IMG/VR virus record: IMGVR_UViG_3300037258_001214
Coordinates: 30,376-94,375 of that record
DNA length: 64,000 nt
Reading direction: 5' to 3' (one strand)
Origin: a virus
The translations under genes and the position numbers were made by a program. This document shows, one piece after another, positions 44,368 through 53,033 of the stretch. A model generated the notes under the pieces. The model was not told the DNA's origin and did no database searches. It saw only the letters and a program-made list of their open reading frames with translations. The stretch's first letter is position 1. Each line of letters starts with the position of its first letter.

Positions 44368-45623
44368 TGCTGTCACCTCCGAGCCCGGCGCAGGCCGGCC
44401 AGCCGTATTACCTGCACTTCTCGTTCACCGACTTCCAGTCCGGCTCGCCCGTCGACCCCGCCAGCCTGACCCTCGACATCACCTACGGGACCGAGGCCGG
44501 CATCAGCGGCGACGTGGCGGGCACGTTCACCTACGGCAGCGCGTCGGCCGAGGCCAGCAACACGATCTGGCGGACCGGCACCGGTGCCTACACCTTCCGC
44601 TGGGATGTGCCGCTCTCCGGGCTGCTGCCGGGCGTCTACGTGGCCACGTGGGCCAGCGTCTACGGCAGCAATAACGACCTGTTCGAGGCGATCGAGAACT
44701 TCCCGATTGTCTCCGGCGCCCCGTTCATGCCGGTGCCCTCGGGTGACACCGGGTACTGGACCGGGACGATCAGCTACCAGCCGCCGTGGGCTTCGTCGCC
44801 GTTCGTGATCCCGCTCGGGTCCGTTGATGACAACGGCGTCGCGTGGATGATCAAGAACCTCACCGGGTGGGACGGCCCGCCCACGGTCGGCCAGGTCATC
44901 CAGCGGTCCGCCGACCACGGCGGCTGGCCGTCCGCCCAGTACTACGGGCCCAGGCTCCTCACCTTGACCGTGCTGGCCAGCGCACCGGACCAGGCGTCGA
45001 GGGACGTGGCCAAGCAGCAGCTGGTGCAGGCCTGTCCCGTCTCCGACCTGGCCACGTTCACCTACAACGAGCCGGTGCCGAAGGTCGCCTACGTCCGGCA
45101 GAACGGCTCCGCGAACATCGGCATGACGTTCCCGACCTTGTGCGACGCCGAGTTCACGATCCCGTTGATCTGCCCCGACCCGAGGAAGTACGCGACCACG
45201 CCGGGCCTGCAGACAGCCACGCTCCCGGCCCCGGTGATCAACCCGCTGACCCTTCCGGTGACGCTGCCGACCGGGTTCCCGGGCAGCACGCCGCCGCTGG
45301 CCAGCGCCGTCACCTGCGTCAACGCGGGCACCTTCGAGACGCGCCCGGTGATCACCGTCAGCGGGCCGATCATCAGCCCGAGCATCGTGAACGCGGAGAC
45401 GGGGCAGGCGATCACGTTCACCGGCCTGTCAATGGCCGCCACCGACCAGCTGATCATCAGCACCGACGCACGGCAGGCCTTCCTCGACGGCGTGTTCCAG
45501 GCCGCCGATGTCACCTCGGCGTGGTGGGTCCTGGAGCCGGGCGCGACGCAGGTCTACCTGACCGGCGAGAACTTCAGCGGCGGAGCCGTGCTGGTCGTCT
45601 CCTGGAGCTCGGCGTGGGCCTAG
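44367..45623 (+). CDS. Distal tail protein (Dit) with N-terminal Ig-like domain
   Basis: GSVDDNGV.W, GWDGPP, CPDPRKY, NAG...TRP.I...GP, WW.L.PG. Confidence 0.85.
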   Translation: MLSPPSPAQAGQPYYLHFSFTDFQSGSPVDPASLTLDITYGTEAGISGDVAGTFTYGSASAEASNTIWRTGTGAYTFRWDVPLSGLLPGVYVATWASVYGSNNDLFEAIENFPIVSGAPFMPVPSGDTGYWTGTISYQPPWASSPFVIPLGSVDDNGVAWMIKNLTGWDGPPTVGQVIQRSADHGGWPSAQYYGPRLLTLTVLASAPDQASRDVAKQQLVQACPVSDLATFTYNEPVPKVAYVRQNGSANIGMTFPTLCDAEFTIPLICPDPRKYATTPGLQTATLPAPVINPLTLPVTLPTGFPGSTPPLASAVTCVNAGTFETRPVITVSGPIISPSIVNAETGQAITFTGLSMAATDQLIISTDARQAFLDGVFQAADVTSAWWVLEPGATQVYLTGENFSGGAVLVVSWSSAWA

Positions 45624-45940
45624 AAACGATAAAGCCCGGGGCGCTCGGCCGCCTCCGGTGGGCTATCCGGACGCGCCGCAAGCCGGCCTCGTTCGCAGGG
45701 CTGCTGCGGCTGTGGTGGGCGGACTTCATCCTTCACCCGTTCTTCGAGTGCGACGAGCGCTGCCAGGACTGCGGGCGCGCTTACGTGCTCTGGCACGCCC
45801 CGGGTGAGCTGTACGCCGAGGTGCACGGATCGGGCTTCGGGCTGCTGTGCCCGCGGTGCTTCGACCGGCAGGCCGAGGCGAAGGGCATCACGATCAGCTT
45901 CGAGGCGCGCGTGATGCGCAGGGAGGAAACTCATGGCTAG
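45614..45940 (+). CDS. Small Zn-finger moron
   Basis: CQDCG...W.AP..L...V...G.LCPRCF. Confidence 0.6.
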   Translation: MGLETIKPGALGRLRWAIRTRRKPASFAGLLRLWWADFILHPFFECDERCQDCGRAYVLWHAPGELYAEVHGSGFGLLCPRCFDRQAEAKGITISFEARVMRREETHG

Positions 45941-47015
45941 CTCTGTGAGCTGCGGCGTGGCCGCTTGGATGGATGGCCCGAGCCTGGACGCGAACAACCC
46001 GTTCCGCCAGTTCGACGTCGGGACCAGAGTCCTCAACGTCGGCACCGCCTCGGCGGTCGCGGTCCCCGGCGGCGTGTTCCCCGGCCTCGGCGCGATGGGG
46101 GTCTCGGCGGGCTCAGGCCTTTCGGTGCAGGTGGCGGCCGGGTACTGCTGCGTCCCTTCACCCACGGCGAACAACGGCGGCTACATCTTCGGCACGCTCA
46201 CCGCGGCGACCCTGACCCTGGCCGCGGCTGATCCGACCAACCCGCGGACCGACCTGATCGTGGCCATCGTCTCCGACACCGGGAACAGCGCGAGCTTCTG
46301 CGCCGTCCAGGTGGTCACCGGCACCCCGGCCACGCCGCCGACCACGCCGTCGCTGCCGTCCGCGGCGATCCCGCTGGCCACCGTCTCCGTCCCTGCTGCT
46401 GCCGTGGCCCTGGCCTCCGGCGCGATCTCCGACCAGCGGTCCTATGTCTGCGCTCCCGGCGGGATCCTGCCGATCGCGAACGCCGCGGCCGCACCCGCCG
46501 TGCCGTCCTCGCAGATCATGTACGACGTGTCCCGGAACCTGCTGGTGCAGGGCACCGGGACAGCGGGGACGGTGAGCCTGCTCGGCACCGGAGGATGGGC
46601 TCCGGCGCTGGCCTACGCGTCCTCACCGGTCTCCGACTCCTCAAGCAAGGGCAGCGTGACCCAGGTCGCGTCGGTGAGCGTGACCACCGACGGGGCGACG
46701 GACATCGAGATCTACTACAAGTGGCCCGGGTTCTACGTCTCCGCGTCGCCGCCGCTGATGGTCGCGCTGAGCGTCGCTATCGACGGGACGGTCCTGGATC
46801 AGACCCCGGTCCTCGTCCAGTCCTCCAGCTCGGGAGCGCCCGGCAACGGCGGAAGCGCGCGGTACTACACCAGCAGCGGGCAGGGGACCACGCCGACGGC
46901 GGGGACGCATACGATCACGTTCCGGTTCCAGTCGGCCAGCGCGAGCCTGACGACCACGATGCAGTGCGCGGCCGCGGCGCTGGCGATCCTGCGGGTCGCG
47001 CCGGCGGTGGTGTAG
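45933..47015 (+). CDS. Minor tail protein
   Basis: AADPTNPRTDLIVA, VVTGTP, ISDQR. Confidence 0.8.
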   Translation: MASSVSCGVAAWMDGPSLDANNPFRQFDVGTRVLNVGTASAVAVPGGVFPGLGAMGVSAGSGLSVQVAAGYCCVPSPTANNGGYIFGTLTAATLTLAAADPTNPRTDLIVAIVSDTGNSASFCAVQVVTGTPATPPTTPSLPSAAIPLATVSVPAAAVALASGAISDQRSYVCAPGGILPIANAAAAPAVPSSQIMYDVSRNLLVQGTGTAGTVSLLGTGGWAPALAYASSPVSDSSSKGSVTQVASVSVTTDGATDIEIYYKWPGFYVSASPPLMVALSVAIDGTVLDQTPVLVQSSSSGAPGNGGSARYYTSSGQGTTPTAGTHTITFRFQSASASLTTTMQCAAAALAILRVAPAVV

Positions 47016-49013
47016 ATGGCCACATTCCAGGCGCTCGGCTACCCACTCTGGTGTGATGGCCAAGAGTGGACGTCGCTGCTGTCGCGCCAGCTCGGCGGCG
47101 GCGTGGCCGTCTGGGACTCCAACGCCTCGCAGACCGCGGTCAACCCGCTCGGCGGGGTGATGGGCGGGACCGGCCACCCGCTGCAGGTCGCCCAGCAGGC
47201 CAGCCCGGACCTAAGCGTGCTGGTCAACGCCGGGTACGTGGCCGTGCCGCACCAGACGGCAGGGCACGGGGTCTACCTGTTCGGGCTGCAGGCCCAGTCG
47301 ACGCTGACCATCGCCAGCAACGGGGCGGGCAGCAGCAGGCTTGACCTGATCGTGGCCCGCGTCCACGACCTCGGGAGCGGCTCCAGCTCCTGCGACATCG
47401 AGGTGGTGCAGGGGACCGCGGGAAGCGGGCAGCCCGCCACCCCGTCAGCGGCGCTCCTGCTGGCCGTCGTCACCGTGGCCCCGAGCGCTACCACGATCAC
47501 CACGTCGAACATCGCCGACCAACGGACGTTCACCGTGGCGCCGGGCGGCGTGCTGCCCGCCACGACCTCGGCCGCCCCGCCGCTGTCCCCCGGCCAGGTG
47601 GCCTGGAACACGTCTCTGTCGCTGCTGGAGCGGCTGGCCAGCCCGATCACGCTCACCCAGACCTGGACCGAGGCCGGGACCTACGAGTGGATGTTCCCCG
47701 CTGGCGTGCCCACCTCGGAATGGGAGGCGACCGGTGCCGGGTCGGCCGGCGGCGGCTCCCCTGACAACAACGGGGCCGGAGCAGCTGGCGGCGGCGAATG
47801 GGCAGCCGACACGATCACCGGCACGCCGGGCGTCACAACGCTCACGATCGTCGTGGGCGCCGGGGGAGAGGCCTCGCCGGCAGGCGTGAACACCCCCGGT
47901 ACCGGGACGGCCTCGACCGTCGCAGGCGGCTCGGTGGAGCTCGTGGCGAACCCGGGCCAGCCGGGGACTGCGGACGGTGACGTCGGGGCCGGAGGGACCG
48001 GCAGCACGAACGCCCGGCACAACCATGGCGGCCAGGGCGGGGCGACGCTGCCCGCCGGCGAGGCGGGCGGCGGCGGAGGAGGGTCCGGCGGTCCCGGGTC
48101 GCCCGGCCAGGACGGCGCCACCGCGGCTGGGGCCGAGATCGGCGACGAGACAGGCCAGGGCGGCCAGGGCGCCGCTGCGGTCCCGGGCGGCGGCCCGGGC
48201 GGCCCGGGCGGCAGCTTCGGCGGTCCTGGCTTCGCGCCTGCCACGGGCCCGGGCGGCGGCGGAGGCGGTGCCGGCGGGTCGTCCAGCCCCAGCGGCCCGG
48301 GCCTGGACGGCCAGGTGACCGCCACGTGGGTCGTGCAGCCCGCCGCGCTCACCCCGGTGTTCTCCACCGACTCTGCTGAGGACGACCTGGCCGTCGTGGA
48401 CACCTCCACGGGCGGGGCGGGCAGTTCCGGGCTCACCCCGGCAGCGGGGTCCTCCTACGGCTGGGGGATCGGCTACGGGTCGACGACGTACACCGGGTTC
48501 TTCGGGTTCTTCAGCGGCTTCGACGCGGACGGCAGCGTCGTGCCGCAGATCCAGGTGGAGTTCGACGCGGACGGCCAGACCGATTTCCAGCTCGACGTCA
48601 AATGGGGCCTGGCCGTGCCCGAGGCCGCGGTGGACGCCGCCTCGCCGTCGATCGCTCATGGCCAGTGCCGGATCATCCTGCAGCTTGACGGCGCGGTCCT
48701 GGACACCGTGTACCTGTGCTGCTCAGCGTCGGGTGGGGTCACCAAGCCGGGCGACGGCGGGTGCTTCACCTACTACACCTCGGCCCAGAACGGCACGACT
48801 CCCTCAGCAGGGGTGCACACGGCGACGCTGGCCGTGGAGACGCTGAACACCCTGTCGGGGCAGCTCTCGGGCGCGCACGTCGGGGACCTGGCGTCGGTGG
48901 GCACCAGCCCGCACCCGTTCGGCGGGTCGGCACTGCCGACGGGCTTCACGAACGCGCTGACGGCGGAGAACTGCTCGCTGCGGGTCGCCGGGATCGGGGC
49001 GAGCGCGATATGA
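47016..49013 (+). CDS. Minor tail protein with Gly-rich domain, paralogue of 45933
   Basis: Shared N- and C-terminal motifs (RLDLIVA, GTTP.AG.HT) with a central Gly-rich insert. Confidence 0.8.
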   Translation: MATFQALGYPLWCDGQEWTSLLSRQLGGGVAVWDSNASQTAVNPLGGVMGGTGHPLQVAQQASPDLSVLVNAGYVAVPHQTAGHGVYLFGLQAQSTLTIASNGAGSSRLDLIVARVHDLGSGSSSCDIEVVQGTAGSGQPATPSAALLLAVVTVAPSATTITTSNIADQRTFTVAPGGVLPATTSAAPPLSPGQVAWNTSLSLLERLASPITLTQTWTEAGTYEWMFPAGVPTSEWEATGAGSAGGGSPDNNGAGAAGGGEWAADTITGTPGVTTLTIVVGAGGEASPAGVNTPGTGTASTVAGGSVELVANPGQPGTADGDVGAGGTGSTNARHNHGGQGGATLPAGEAGGGGGGSGGPGSPGQDGATAAGAEIGDETGQGGQGAAAVPGGGPGGPGGSFGGPGFAPATGPGGGGGGAGGSSSPSGPGLDGQVTATWVVQPAALTPVFSTDSAEDDLAVVDTSTGGAGSSGLTPAAGSSYGWGIGYGSTTYTGFFGFFSGFDADGSVVPQIQVEFDADGQTDFQLDVKWGLAVPEAAVDAASPSIAHGQCRIILQLDGAVLDTVYLCCSASGGVTKPGDGGCFTYYTSAQNGTTPSAGVHTATLAVETLNTLSGQLSGAHVGDLASVGTSPHPFGGSALPTGFTNALTAENCSLRVAGIGASAI

Positions 49014-50230
49014 CCCTGACCCAGGCGCAGATCCAGCAGTACTACGCCTCAGGCGGCCCGTTCGCTTCGGCCCGGAAATCTGTGTACAGATACCTGACTT
49101 CCAACGTGCTCAGCGGCGCCATCATGGGGGACTGGCTGCCGATGGAGCCTCAGTCGTTCTCCCGCGTCATCAACGGGGCCGGCACCTTCACCGGGGCGCT
49201 GGACCTGATACCGAGCGACCCGGTACGGAACGCGGCCAACCTCGCCGCCATCACCCCCCGCAAGGCGGTCCTGTGGGTGCTGCAGGACGGCACGCCGGTC
49301 TGGAACGGGATCCTGTGGGACTGGATCCCCCAGTCCGTCCTCCAGCAGCAGCTGCAGGTGCAGGCATCCACGGTGGACTCGATCCTCGCCAAGCGGGTCA
49401 TCGAGGCAGACCTCGTGTTCACCGGGGCGGACATCTTCGACATGGCCCGGGGGATCATCCAGTACGCCCTGTCGAAGTCACCGAACGGGCAGGTCGCGGG
49501 CATCACCTACACGCAGGGCACCTGCGGGGTGACGGACTCGCTGACGTTCGACGGTTCCCAGAACCAGATGGCCTCCGACGCGCTCGGCACGCTGGTGACG
49601 ACCTACGGGATCGAGTACGCGTTCCGGCCCTATATGGACGCCGGCGGCAACCTGCGGACCAGCGTCGACCTCGGCTACCCGGCGCTCGGCCAGCCTTACC
49701 CGGCCTCCGGCCTGGCCTACAGCTTCCCCGGCAACCTGCTGGACTACCGGTTCACCGCAACCGGCTCGTCCGGCGCAAACCGGGTCATCGCCACCGCCCA
49801 GAACTCGAACGGCTCCGGATCCGCCGACCCCAGCACGGCGCTGGCCGGATCCGCGATCGACTCGGCGGACATCGGGAACGGCTACCCGCTGACCGAGGAG
49901 GCCGTGTCAGCGACCGGGGTCACGCTCACCACCGATTCCCAGCTCGACGACTACGCCGCCGGGGTCCTGCCGAGCGTGACGGCAACTCAGCTGGCCCCGC
50001 TGGTGGTGCTCGGCAACGGGCAGTATCCGCCGGTCAACGTGACGCAGCTGGGCTCCTACGCTTCCGTGGCGTTCACCAGCGCCGAGCACCCCGCCGGCCC
50101 GGCCGGCGAGCCAGGGTTCACCGGAACGGGCCGGGTCGTGTCCTGGACCGTCTACCCGCCCACATCCCAGCAGGCGGAATATGCCTGGATCCAGCTGGGC
50201 GCCATGCCGTTCGAGGGGAGCACCCTGTGA
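49010..50230 (+). CDS. Baseplate hub/Tal-like minor tail protein
   Basis: FSR.ING.G.F.G.L, DG.PVW.G..W, GYP.LG, FPGNL..Y. Confidence 0.8.
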   Translation: MTLTQAQIQQYYASGGPFASARKSVYRYLTSNVLSGAIMGDWLPMEPQSFSRVINGAGTFTGALDLIPSDPVRNAANLAAITPRKAVLWVLQDGTPVWNGILWDWIPQSVLQQQLQVQASTVDSILAKRVIEADLVFTGADIFDMARGIIQYALSKSPNGQVAGITYTQGTCGVTDSLTFDGSQNQMASDALGTLVTTYGIEYAFRPYMDAGGNLRTSVDLGYPALGQPYPASGLAYSFPGNLLDYRFTATGSSGANRVIATAQNSNGSGSADPSTALAGSAIDSADIGNGYPLTEEAVSATGVTLTTDSQLDDYAAGVLPSVTATQLAPLVVLGNGQYPPVNVTQLGSYASVAFTSAEHPAGPAGEPGFTGTGRVVSWTVYPPTSQQAEYAWIQLGAMPFEGSTL

Positions 50231-50889
50231 AGTTCCCCAACCAGCTGCAGAACCGCGCCGCGGCGACCATCGCGCAGACGGCGAGGCTGGTCACCACCGC
50301 CCACCAGCGGCTCAACACGATCGGGTCCCAGGTCTCGTCGCTGACTCCCGGCGACTGGGAAGCCCTCACCCTGGACGCCGGCTGGTCGAACGTCTCCGGC
50401 TACATCCCCGCGCAGGTCAGGATCCTCCAGAACGGGCTGGCCCAGCTCGTCGGCCACATCCAGGGCGGCACGACGACCAACGGGACGACGATCGCCACCC
50501 TCGGTGCCGGGTTCTACAACCCGGAGCACGCCCACTCGTTCACCGCGAACGTCCTGGCCGGGGCCGCCGCGGTATCGGTGGCGGGCACGATCAGCGGCAC
50601 GACCGACAACAACGGCCTGACCGACTCCAGCACGGGAGGGCAATCGGGCATCGTCGTGGCCGGCAATCCGACCAGCAGCGCCCATGAGCACTTCCCGGGA
50701 ACCTACGACGTCAACAACGCGGCCCACCAGCACACCAACCTGTCCGGCGGCCAGGTGCCCGCAACGCCGGTCAACTACAACACGGTGATCCTGTCGCTCA
50801 GCACGAGCGGGGTCCTCACCATCCAGAACTGCCCGGCCGCGGCGACGCAGATCAGCTTCAACGAGAACCTGCCGCTCGTGACCTCGTAA
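50227..50889 (+). CDS. Minor tail protein
   Basis: Short coiled coil, then W..LTL.AGW.N. Confidence 0.75.
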   Translation: MKFPNQLQNRAAATIAQTARLVTTAHQRLNTIGSQVSSLTPGDWEALTLDAGWSNVSGYIPAQVRILQNGLAQLVGHIQGGTTTNGTTIATLGAGFYNPEHAHSFTANVLAGAAAVSVAGTISGTTDNNGLTDSSTGGQSGIVVAGNPTSSAHEHFPGTYDVNNAAHQHTNLSGGQVPATPVNYNTVILSLSTSGVLTIQNCPAAATQISFNENLPLVTS

Positions 50890-50919
50890 GCCTCCCGGCT
50901 GTACCTTTAGATCAGCAGA

Positions 50920-50957
50920 GCGCCGCAACGGCCGCGCAGGAACGACCCGGAACGGGT
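50920..50957 (+). promoter_or_regulatory. Late double-hairpin element, copy 9
   Basis: GCC-GCAAC-GGC ... ACCC-GGAAC-GGGT. Confidence 0.7.
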
Positions 50958-51002
50958 GCCGACGATAACCGCACCCCCCCACCGGGAAAGGATCCCGCGC
51001 AC

Positions 51003-51587
51003 ATGCCCAGCGACACCATCATCAACTGGTCCGCCCACGCCCGGATCGCCAAGTACTCACCGGACCAGGTCGCGTACGCGGTCCGCACGCTCGGCTACGA
51101 GCCGCCCGGCCACAAGCTCTCCCTGATCTTCAAGGAGCCCGAGGACGGGATCACCGAGGAGCCCGGCAACCTGCTCGTCACCGTGGGCCTGAACCTGCTC
51201 ACCGAGCTGATCGAGGGCGGCGGCGGGACGCCGTTCGCGCACGCGGACGCGATCATCGGCGTCGGGGCGGGCACCACCACGGCGGTCATCGGCGACACGG
51301 CGCTCACCGACGACAACACCGCGAACGCCTACTACCAGCAGGCGGACGCGTCGTTCCCGACGCAGTCCAACGGGGTGATCACGGCCCAGGCCACGTTCGC
51401 GAGCGGCAACGCCAACTTCGCGTGGCAGGAGTGGTGCCTGGCCACCGGCTCAGGCGGCATCACCGCAGGTGACCACCTGTCTGCGGTCGCTACGTCGGTG
51501 ATCATGCTCAATCATAAAGTAGCCAGCTTGGGCACCAAGGCTTCGGGCGCAAGTTGGGTTTTTACGGCAACTTGCACCCTTAGTTGA
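51003..51587 (+). CDS. Tail/collar structural protein
   Basis: NLLV..G, IGVG.G......DT.L, ANFAW.E, LNHKV..LGTK. Confidence 0.75.
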   Translation: MPSDTIINWSAHARIAKYSPDQVAYAVRTLGYEPPGHKLSLIFKEPEDGITEEPGNLLVTVGLNLLTELIEGGGGTPFAHADAIIGVGAGTTTAVIGDTALTDDNTANAYYQQADASFPTQSNGVITAQATFASGNANFAWQEWCLATGSGGITAGDHLSAVATSVIMLNHKVASLGTKASGASWVFTATCTLS

Positions 51588-51608
51588 TCTTGAAAAACTT
51601 GTAGTACA

Positions 51609-52442
51609 GTGTCGTCCATGACGACCGCTCACAAGTGGCCCGAGCTCTACGATCCCGAGTGGATGCATGAGCACTACACCGTGCAGAAGATGACCATGTA
51701 CGACATTGCGGAGTTGGTCGGATGCAATGACGGCACGGTTTACTACGCCATGCGCAAGATCGGCCTCCAGGCGCGGCCGAACACCCAGCGGCTGGCGAAG
51801 TTCAAGCGCAAGCGGTGCCGGGCATGCCGCGAGATGTTCCAGCCGACGGCGACCTGTCATCTGTACTGCTCGGACCGGTGCCAGCCGCAGGTCGCGCGGA
51901 TGCGGCACACCTGCGCGACCTGCGGGACGGAGTTCGAGGCCAGGGTGCCGCGCTGGCGGTATTACTCCCAGAAGTTCTGCTCGGCAGAGCATCGGCAGGA
52001 ATACCTTCAGAACGACCCGGGCCGGCTGCGGCGCAGAGTCGCCGACGGCGGCTATATCCACATCCGCGTCGGCGTCGGGTATCCGGGAGCATTTGCCAGC
52101 GGCTACATGCCCGAGCATCGCTGGGTCATGGAGCAACGGCTAGGGCGCAGCCTCCTGCCGGCCGAGGAAGTCCACCACCGGAACGGGCACCGGGACGATA
52201 ATGACCGCTGCCCTGTGTGCCCGTTCAGCGTGGCGCCCGCCAAAGTCCGGGGTGACCGCCTGCACTGCACCGCATGCGGCTGGGTGAGCGCCAGCCAGCC
52301 CAACCTGGAGCTATGGACCCGATCGCAGCCGCGAGGCCAGCGCGTCGAGGACAAGATTGAGTGGGCGCTCGGGTTCCTGGCCGAGTACGGGCGCGTCAGC
52401 TTCCAGGCGTCCCTGCCGGCCGAAGCCATCGCAGCGTCCTAG
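51609..52442 (+). CDS. HNH homing endonuclease with HTH and Zn fingers
   Basis: EHRWVMEQRLGR.L...EEVHHRNG.RDDN...NLELW. Confidence 0.88.
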   Translation: MSSMTTAHKWPELYDPEWMHEHYTVQKMTMYDIAELVGCNDGTVYYAMRKIGLQARPNTQRLAKFKRKRCRACREMFQPTATCHLYCSDRCQPQVARMRHTCATCGTEFEARVPRWRYYSQKFCSAEHRQEYLQNDPGRLRRRVADGGYIHIRVGVGYPGAFASGYMPEHRWVMEQRLGRSLLPAEEVHHRNGHRDDNDRCPVCPFSVAPAKVRGDRLHCTACGWVSASQPNLELWTRSQPRGQRVEDKIEWALGFLAEYGRVSFQASLPAEAIAAS

Positions 52443-52452
52443 CATTGCCTTA

Positions 52453-52491
52453 GCGCCGCAACGGCGCACCGCAGGACGACCCGGAACGGGT
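52453..52491 (+). promoter_or_regulatory. Late double-hairpin element, copy 10
   Basis: GCGCC-GCAAC-GGCGC ... ACCC-GGAAC-GGGT. Confidence 0.7.
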
Positions 52492-52503
52492 GACCAGCCC
52501 CTT

Positions 52504-53004
52504 TCACCGTTCCGGGAGGCGGGCCATGCGCGCAGCCGGCTCGCTTCCGGTCGCGGCTAAGGGCCGGGCGTGACCCGCCGGCTGGCGGCCGGCGTCCGAC
52601 GCCAGGTCCCCGATGTACGCCCCGGGGATGCCGAAGTGCAGGCGCTGCACCTCTGTCCCGGCCGGCAGGCCGTACTCGGCGCTCTGGTCCCGGGAAGCGC
52701 TCCAGGTCGTCTCGAATACCACGCGACGGGCGCCGCGCATCCCGGCACGCAGGCCGTCCGGGAAGTCCACGGTGAAGTACCCGTACGGCTGCGGGCCGTC
52801 CATCCGCAGCCGGACGTGCAGGACGTCGCCGCGGACCTCGGTCTCATATGCCGCCGGCTGCAAGGAGGCCGGCGCGGGGGAGAGGACGGTGCACCGGACG
52901 GGGGCGTCCCGGCTGCGGCGGCACCAGGCCTGAACGCTCGCCCTGCGCCTGGCGGGCATCAGCGGACGGCGCGCAAGCCAGTAGATCGCCCTGGTCGTGA
53001 CCAT
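52504..53004 (-). CDS. Hypothetical protein
   Basis: Most protein-like frame in the gap. Confidence 0.45.
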   Translation of the reverse strand: MVTTRAIYWLARRPLMPARRRASVQAWCRRSRDAPVRCTVLSPAPASLQPAAYETEVRGDVLHVRLRMDGPQPYGYFTVDFPDGLRAGMRGARRVVFETTWSASRDQSAEYGLPAGTEVQRLHFGIPGAYIGDLASDAGRQPAGHARPLAATGSEPAARMARLPER

Positions 53005-53033
53005 GCGGCGATTATCCCGCAAGGGGCGCTCCG

